From a bacterium (GTDB lineage: Bacteria > SZUA-182 > DTGQ01 > JAFGSM01), in contig JBLIRP010000073.1 in the NCBI GenBank assembly GCA_049472355.1, forward strand, positions 1 through 18,517: a stretch of 18,517 nt of DNA, read 5' to 3'. The position numbers and the translations under genes were made by a program. This document shows, one piece after another, positions 8,690-15,700 of this stretch. The notes beneath the pieces are model-generated. The model did not search any database. It was given only the letters and a program-made list of their open reading frames with translations, and was not told the origin of the DNA. The number at the start of each line of letters is the position of its first letter. The stretch's first letter is position 1.

Positions 8690-9848
8690 AACCATACGTG
8701 CAGTTTTCAAGGTGCGTGTAGTTTTTGCTGACTATTTTGGAGCCTTCCAAATTCAAAGAGGTTGCCATTTCATTAAGCTTTTTTAAATCCGAGGGCTGGG
8801 GCATTGTCTTTACCTCGTATGCCCATTTCTTGTCCACTATAAAATCGATCTCCAAACCGCTTTTCTTGGCGTAGTAGTTGATTTCCCCTTGCATGCGAAG
8901 GGTTTGGAATACACTATTCTCAAAAAGGGCGCCCGTTTCGAGCCTTGCCAGTTGATTGCCCAGGCCGGTATCACATATATAGACCTTGGGCATTTTTCGT
9001 ATTTCCGTATCCGTTCCCCGGCTTAAGGGCCGTATCAGTTTTATAAAATAGGTTGATTCAAGAAATGCGATATATTCCGTTAATGTCTGGCGTGATATCC
9101 CTAATTCCTTTGACAATTTCTGTTTATCCAGCTTTGACCCAACCCTTTGTATCAAAAGCAATATAAGGTCCCGTATGGCCTCATTCCTCCTGAAATCTCC
9201 AAGCTGCAATATCTCCATTTGAAAGAAGGAGGAGAAAATCTCATTAAGCGCCATCTTTTTTTCGTCAGCGCTATTTTTTAACACTACGCCGGGGAACCCT
9301 CCAAACACGATATATTCGTCATACAGGGGGGATATCGTGTCAAATATCGGCCTGGTTATTTTATCGGCGCGTTCCGGGATATTGAGTGCACTGTCTTTAA
9401 AGATAAGAAACTCTTTGAAACTCAAGGGGAAAAGTTCAAATATGTATTTTCTTCCAGCGAGCGATTCTGTAAAAAGATTCTTCAGATAAAAACTTGCGGA
9501 GCCAGTTAAGAAGAATTTTACCTGATGGTGATCTATAAAATACTTGACAACCGATGGCAGACCTTTAACAAGCTGGATCTCATCCAAAAAGATGTAGGCC
9601 TTTTTTGTAAAATCGATTCCAAGAAACTCAAGTGAAATCTTTATTCTCTCATAGTTGGTTTCTTCGAAATATTTTCTGTTTAACGGATTTTCGAGGTCCA
9701 GAAGAAGCCTGTTATTGGAATCAAGCCTTTCATAAAAGAAATTGAGGACTGTTGTTTTACCGGTCCTCCTCATGCCGGTAATAATAATGGCCTCCGGTGA
9801 ATCGATATATTTCTCGATCTTGTTGAATATCTCTCTCCACTTAATCAT
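8658..9848 (-). CDS. AAA+ ATPase of the AAA_14 + DUF4143 family
   Basis: Walker [13 protein letters not shown], Walker [55 protein letters not shown], and a C-terminal PD-(D/E)xK-like EIDFIV...YEVK. Visibly more AT-rich than the neighbouring genes. Confidence 0.9.
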   Translation of the reverse strand: MIKWREIFNKIEKYIDSPEAIIITGMRRTGKTTVLNFFYERLDSNNRLLLDLENPLNRKYFEETNYERIKISLEFLGIDFTKKAYIFLDEIQLVKGLPSVVKYFIDHHQVKFFLTGSASFYLKNLFTESLAGRKYIFELFPLSFKEFLIFKDSALNIPERADKITRPIFDTISPLYDEYIVFGGFPGVVLKNSADEKKMALNEIFSSFFQMEILQLGDFRRNEAIRDLILLLIQRVGSKLDKQKLSKELGISRQTLTEYIAFLESTYFIKLIRPLSRGTDTEIRKMPKVYICDTGLGNQLARLETGALFENSVFQTLRMQGEINYYAKKSGLEIDFIVDKKWAYEVKTMPQPSDLKKLNEMATSLNLEGSKIVSKNYTHLENCTYGFMVEGASIPP

Positions 9849-9856
9849 ACAATTGT

Positions 9857-9885
9857 ATTTTACAAATAGCTCTACTAAATGTCAA
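9857..9885 (-). promoter_or_regulatory. Sigma70 promoter of the AAA ATPase, probably giving a leaderless transcript
   Basis: TTGACA (9885-9880), 17 nt, TAAAAT (9862-9857). Only 8 nt separate the -10 box from ATG 9848, and no Shine-Dalgarno sequence is present. Confidence 0.65.
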
Positions 9886-10032
9886 TCATGGTTATCATAA
9901 AGAACGCTCTAGCCATTTTTTGCCTTGCGTGCAATAAGTTATTTATTGAATAAAACTGCTCATTATAGCGATAGTGACCTGAATGATCTGGGAAATGCCA
10001 GGCGCTATGAAATGCATCGCCCTCCCCGTGCC

Positions 10033-11028
10033 CTATCCCGGCTCCCTTTCACTGCGGACCGGGAGATCCGCCTCGGAGAGGTGCGTGGTCATAGTCCCCA
10101 TCGTAAGTTGAATTCCCTTGAATTTGTTGCTGATGAGGTAGTGCCGGGCTGGGTCGAGATTCCGTATGGAATCCGGGTCAGAGGCATAGCATGCGGTAAA
10201 ATCCAGCCCCTTTTGCGTCAGGACGAACACCGGGATGCTGAGGGATATTTGCAGGATGGAGACCCGCCCGATATGCTCCCTCAACTCACCGGAGGCACAC
10301 GACCACACCATATCCGCCCATTGCGCCATCTCTTCGAGCCGTTTCCTGCCGACACCGGTTGTGCACACCATGATGCTCACTGCGGTAATGCCGTATTCCC
10401 TTTCGATATCCGGTATGGCGCTGATGTCGTCATCCGAAAACGCGTTCACGGTCACGGCGATCTTTTTGAATCCCTTTTCCGCCGCCCTTTTGAGACCTGC
10501 AATCTGATCGATCCGCGCCGTGTCGGGAAAGACAACGATCCCCTTTCGCTTCTCGATCCCGTGAATCACTTCCGGAATGGGGGTGGTATAGAAGAGGCCG
10601 TTCATGCGTGCGCCGATCCCCTGGATCAGAGAAGGGGAGTCTGATATGACGGTCCCTGCCCCGTCGCAGACCGTGACCGCAGCGTCAATCCCCCCCTTTT
10701 TTATGGCATACATCATCATTTCAGACGCACCATAGGGGACCGCGATATCCTCCCGTTTGAGCTCCCGCCTGGCGGTGAAAGAGCCGAATTTCTCGATCTT
10801 CTCCTCCATGGCCTGCCGTATACGATCCCGGACCATGGCCACATCATTCTCGTTCATCCGTCGGTACAGCATGTCAAACAGAAGGCAGTGCTTCATCCAG
10901 GGATCGGTCATGGCAATCACCTTGCCATTGGAGACCGCCACAAAGGAGGAGAACTTCCGGGTGACATGAAGGTCTTTATAGTCCTGCTTGTTGATTCCGA
11001 GCGTTTGAAGGATCTCGTCTACATACAT
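10033..11028 (-). CDS. DUF2099 family protein (methanogenesis marker protein 8-like)
   Basis: Family motifs recognised from memory: NGKVIAMTDP..HCLLF, KIEKFGSFTARR, VPYGASEMMM, IDAAVTVCDGAGTVI, LIQGIGARMNGL, TTPIPEVI, ARIDQIAG, KIAVTV, ADMVWSCAS, IPVFVLTQKG. Confidence 0.82.
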   Translation of the reverse strand: MYVDEILQTLGINKQDYKDLHVTRKFSSFVAVSNGKVIAMTDPWMKHCLLFDMLYRRMNENDVAMVRDRIRQAMEEKIEKFGSFTARRELKREDIAVPYGASEMMMYAIKKGGIDAAVTVCDGAGTVISDSPSLIQGIGARMNGLFYTTPIPEVIHGIEKRKGIVVFPDTARIDQIAGLKRAAEKGFKKIAVTVNAFSDDDISAIPDIEREYGITAVSIMVCTTGVGRKRLEEMAQWADMVWSCASGELREHIGRVSILQISLSIPVFVLTQKGLDFTACYASDPDSIRNLDPARHYLISNKFKGIQLTMGTMTTHLSEADLPVRSEREPG

Positions 11029-11238
11029 GTCCCTGTTCCGATCAAATGGTTGAAAGAATCAGGAGGATTCAGTATCCGCGTGGCGACGATGACAAAATCG
11101 TCATTCATCGGTGTGCAGTCTTCACGGACTTGCCGAATCCTCGGGCATTGCCGCCCCAATCCCCCTCAGTCGCGGTCAGGATCGTATCGCGATGAATCGG
11201 CATGGTGATTGTACCAGAAAAGGACGCCCTTCGGAATA

Positions 11239-11424
11239 GCAAAATGGGGTCAGCAAAATGGGGTCAGGTCTTGAAATATCAGTTTTTAGAATAGGCAAAA
11301 TGGGGTCAGGTCTTGAAATGACAGTTTTTTGTCACAAACGCTTATGCCACTTTGTGACATCACGAAGCCTGAAAATATGATTCTATTTTTGGAGCAAAAA
11401 CTGATAATTCAAGACCTGACCCCA
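11239..11424. repeat. Cluster of GCAAAATGGGGTCAGGTCTTGAAATnnCAGTTTTT repeats (one partial and two full direct copies, one inverted copy); possible REP/RAYT-associated or MITE-like remnant
   Basis: Direct copies at 11239-11253 (partial), 11253-11287 and 11295-11329. Inverted copy AAAAACTGATAATTCAAGACCTGACCCCA at 11396-11424. Inner inverted repeat TGTCACAAA (11330-11338) / TTTGTGACA (11351-11359). Confidence 0.8.
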
Positions 11425-11567
11425 AGCCCGAATATTGTGATGATCGAAGGATCACGGATCATGGAAAAAAGGAATTTCCAAGAACAAAAAGCGTAAGATA
11501 AAGTGTAAAATAAAATAGGGATGTCACGTAACCAGGGGAAAGTGACAAGAGTCTGGAGGCATGGTAT

Positions 11568-12449
11568 ATGACACAGATCATGGTGCCGCAGGAGTGGGAG
11601 GGATTGCTTCCCGGAATCAAGGAACACAAGCCGCCCCGGATCATCATGCTGGTCGGCGGGATCGATACCGGCAAGACCACGCTGTGCGGGTTTCTCTTCG
11701 ATCGGCTCAGCGCGCAGGGGGAGCGCACCCTGCTCATCGATGCCGATCTCGGCCAGTCGGTCATCGGGCCTCCGGCAACGGTGGGTCTTGCCGACACAAG
11801 GGATTCCCGCGGGATATTCAACCCCCTTTGCCTGCAGTTTGTGGGTTCCACATCCCCCCGCGGTCATATGCTCCAGACCCTGGTTGCCGTCAAAAAGGTG
11901 GTGGATAAGGCACGTAGGCTCAGGCCGGACAATATCATCATGGACACATCTGGCTTCGTGACAGGGGCGATCGGGAGCGAGTTCAAGTTCCAGAAGATAG
12001 ACCTGATCCATCCCACCCATCTCATCCTGCTTGAGCGGGAAGGGGAATTGGGCTTTTTGTATAAAAACATCTCCTGTCGCAAGGGCACCTCCGTGTTTCG
12101 GATGGAGGTCCCTTTCGGGATCATCTCGCCCAAGTCCCCCGACGATCGGAGGCGCTACAGGGAGGAACGATTCAGGGGGTATTTCACCAATGCGCGCCCG
12201 GTTTCTCTGAGCCTTGAGAAGATGGGCCTGCACGGTATGGTCCCTGACCTCTACGAAGGATCTTGCTGTCAAAACCTCCTGGTGGGCCTCTGCGACGGGA
12301 ACAACAACACCCTCAGCCTGGGCATCGTCACGCATATCGATCCCTCCGAGAAGATCGTCACGCTGCTTTCACCGATAGATGATACCGAGAGGATACGGTC
12401 CCTGCAGTTCGGCTCCATCCGGGTGAGGAAATCGGGGGAGGGGGGATGA
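11568..12449 (+). CDS. Clp1/Grc3/Nol9-family polynucleotide 5'-hydroxyl kinase
   Basis: RBS GGAGG upstream. Walker A MLVGGIDTGKTT, family motif LIDADLGQSVIGPPATVG, FVGSTSPRG, IIMDTSGFV, Arg-rich lid RRRYREERFRGYF, and C-terminal LLVGLCD...LSLGIV...LQFGSIR. Confidence 0.88.
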   Translation: MTQIMVPQEWEGLLPGIKEHKPPRIIMLVGGIDTGKTTLCGFLFDRLSAQGERTLLIDADLGQSVIGPPATVGLADTRDSRGIFNPLCLQFVGSTSPRGHMLQTLVAVKKVVDKARRLRPDNIIMDTSGFVTGAIGSEFKFQKIDLIHPTHLILLEREGELGFLYKNISCRKGTSVFRMEVPFGIISPKSPDDRRRYREERFRGYFTNARPVSLSLEKMGLHGMVPDLYEGSCCQNLLVGLCDGNNNTLSLGIVTHIDPSEKIVTLLSPIDDTERIRSLQFGSIRVRKSGEGG

Positions 12450-12677
12450 TTAATGCTCGACGTCCCCTGTTGCATTTGTGGGAGTGTCGCCGCTGTAAAC
12501 AGATACCAAGAGGCACTCATTTGACCGCAGGAAATGTTGGAGTTTTTACGTCTATTATCTTGAATGCAGGGAGTGCATCGGTTTTTCCTCAGATGGTGGT
12601 AATGAAATTGCATATCAAAAAGGTTCGCGAATCTCTTTTTTGCAGGAGGCATGAAAGGAACTTTTGCAGGGGCGTTT

Positions 12678-12722
12678 TTGCTTTATAAGGAGGGATTGTT
12701 AAAATATAAATAAGAAGGGAGG
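12678..12722 (+). promoter_or_regulatory. Putative extended -10 promoter and RBS of the alpha-2-macroglobulin gene
   Basis: TTGCTT (12678-12683), 16 nt, TG-n-TAAAAT (12697-12705). AAGGGAGG (12715-12722) lies 8 nt before ATG 12731. Confidence 0.5.
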
Positions 12723-12730
12723 AAAAAGAA

Positions 12731-15700
12731 ATGAAGGGGGCCGGTAATGAACGAAGGTGTTATACCGCGCTGATAGTAATAATAGTTATTTCAATACTAG
12801 GCTATACAGCAACAGCGAGTGCTCAAAATAACGGCCTGCAGTCATATTTATACCCTTCGTATATACCTTCATATTTCGGATTGTCGATATTCGGGAATCC
12901 ATTATACCCTGGTTTGAATGCAAGTTTCTTTTCCTCTTCATCATCCATTGCCCAAAATTTTCAAAACACACCCTGGACCTTATCTACGGTTCCGGGCCTT
13001 TCAAGCACATCCTGGACCTCTTCCACGGTTTCAAGCGCCCTGAGTCCCTTTTGGACCGCTTCATACACGGTTTCTCCATCATTATTGTTTGCGTCATTAT
13101 CGGGGCCTGGGTTTGCAGCTTCCTCACGTGAAAGGTCTTCTGTAAATACACCGTTGGTTGTTGCGTCACTGTACGCATCACCATCGTTGTATCTATCGTC
13201 ATATTCGCCGATAAATTGGATCGGTTGGCCGTTTGTCACCATGTATTCGAGGACCGGCCTGTGGGCCTGGCCTGCTATCCCTCCCGCTGAGGAGGATCTT
13301 GACGAGCTATGGGCAAAGATCCATGAAGCCGTTGAAGACGGCCTCCCCAGGACCGCTATAGAACATCTGAAGGAATTCATACCCATAGCCCTTGAAAAGG
13401 AAGAATACGGCCTTGCCATGAAGGGGCTCTGCAAGCAGCTTGTGCTCGAGGCCAATATCCAGGGCAATAAACCCGAGGAAAAGATAAACAGGCTCACCGA
13501 AGAGATAGGCAAGGCACCTGACCTGCTCAGACCCTTGTTGAGGCTAGTGTTGGCTCAATGGTACTGGCAATACTACCAGGACAACCGTTCGCGGTTTTCA
13601 GAGCGTGATGCCACTGCCGAAATTGATGATGCGGACTTTACCACCTGGGACCTGCCCAGGCTCTTTGACAAAATTGACGAACTCTACACCGAGGTGCTTT
13701 CACAAGAGGCACGGCTACAATCCATGTCCATGGAAACATTCACCGATTTTTTTGAACAAGGCACCGTTCCCGTGTCCTACAGGCCGACACTGTATGACTT
13801 CGCAGCCTTTTCCGCCATCTCCTTTTACCAGTCTGGCGATCAGCTCAGAAAAGAGCCGGAGGATGCATTCGAACTGGATGCGGATGCGAACGCCTTTGCC
13901 CCGGCTGCGGATTTCATACAGTATGTGCCCCAAACAACGGATACCTCATCCCCCATACTCAAGGCCATGAAGATATACCAGGAGGTGCTTGCCTTCCACA
14001 TCAATGACCCGTCAAAAGAGGCCTTTGTTGACGCGGATATCAACCGGCTGATATTCGTCAATGCATATTCATTCGGAGAGGAAAAATCCACTCATTATAT
14101 AACAAGGATGTCCGAGATCGCCGAGGCCCACCCCTCTATGCCCCTTTCCAGCCTGGCTTACTATTACTGGGCCCAGGAGATCTATAGCCAGGGTGACTTT
14201 GTTGGGGCGCACGCACTTGCCCAACAAGGGGCGACTCAGCACGCCGATTCAGCAGAGTCGAAGATGTGCCAATTCCTCCTGGCCCAGATAGAGGCAAAGG
14301 AGTTGACCCTGCAGAGTGAATATTCAGTGACTCCCGTATATGCTGAGGTGAGACTCGATTACAGGAACATTACCGAGGTTCATCTTCGTGTCGTTGAGGA
14401 TCAATGGGATGATTTTTTGCATGAAGAGTATGGTTACCCAGACGATATTGATGATGAAAAATTTGGGCAACTCATTACAAAAACACCTGTGGCATCATGG
14501 TCAATAGCCCTGGAGCCAACCACGGATTACAAAACGCACTCCCATGCGATTGATCTCCCCTCCTTACAACCAGGTTATTACCGGTTGATCGCCTCGTGGC
14601 GACAGGATTTTGCAGAGCAGGAAAACGCCATACGAATAGCCACCTTCTGGGTGACAGGCATAGCCATGGTGACGAGGACGATAAATGGCGTATCCGGAGG
14701 TTTTATACTCGACGCCCATAGTGGGGCGCCTCTGCAAGGGGCCAAGGTCACCACCTTTCAACGTAACGAAGACGATTATTATCAGAAGAAAGATGTCACC
14801 TATGCAGATGAAAATGGCGCCTTTACCGTTTCCAGTGATTATCGAACCGTGCTGCATGCCCAATACGAAGGGTATGGATTGCTGAATTATGCCGGTTATT
14901 CGAGCGCCGGAAGCGAACCAGTCGAACGCCAACAGGCGGTATTCTTTACCGACCGGTCCATTTACCGGCCCGGCCAGATGGTTCATTTCAAGGTGCTGGC
15001 CATAAAAAGCAACGTGAATAACGACACCTATGACTTTCTGCCGAATACAGAACTGACTGTTGTATTCAGGGATTACAATTCCCAGGAGATCGACCATCTG
15101 GATCTGGTCACCAACGCCTTCGGCTCCGCTTCCGGCACATTTACCGCCCCCTCCGGACAACTCACCGGGAGGATGACCATAAGCTGCAGCCAGCCGAAAG
15201 GGAGTACAGGTGTAAGGGTGGAGGAATACAAGAGACCCGAGTTCAAGGTAACCCTTGAGCCGCCTGAGGAAGACAGCCGGTTGGATGAAGAGGTCGAGCT
15301 TTCGGGACTTGCCCTTGCCTACACCGGGGCGGCGCTTGACGATGCCACGGTCTCGTACAGGGTGGTTCGTGAGGTACGCTATCCCTATTGGCCCCAGTAC
15401 TACTCATATTACGCCTCAAGTGCCAGGGAAATCGCACACGGCCGGCTTAAAACCGACCACGAAGGCACATTCACCATCCGTTTTATAGCCCGGCCTGATC
15501 GCTCCATCCCTGCATCTCAAAGGCCCGCATTTATCTTCAGGGTGTCGGCCGATGTCACGGACAGCACCGGCGAGACACGCTCAGCGAGCAAGACGGTACA
15601 TATCGGCTATGTATCAATGGACCTGAATATCGCCGCCCAGGAGTGGCTGACCGATGACAAGCCCGTAGAATTGAGCATCTCCGCCATGACCCTGGATCAA

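Noticed and set aside
11239..11424. CRISPR array
   Set aside because: Only two full direct copies 7 nt apart plus an inverted copy; no spacer-sized unique sequences and no cas genes.
9925..12335. ORFs 9925-10644 (+) and 11409-12335 (-)
   Set aside because: Antisense shadows of the DUF2099 and Clp1 genes.
12617..12646. Possible terminator AAAAAGGTTCGCGAATCTCTTTTTT and nearby TTTTGCAGG direct repeats
   Set aside because: The stem is weak and imperfect, and the repeats are too short to distinguish from chance.
12446..12688. 80-aa ORF overlapping the Clp1 stop codon (ATGA), preceded by a G-rich SD-like run
   Set aside because: No motifs, atypical composition, and it runs into the A2M promoter. 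It cannot be excluded but is unsupported.
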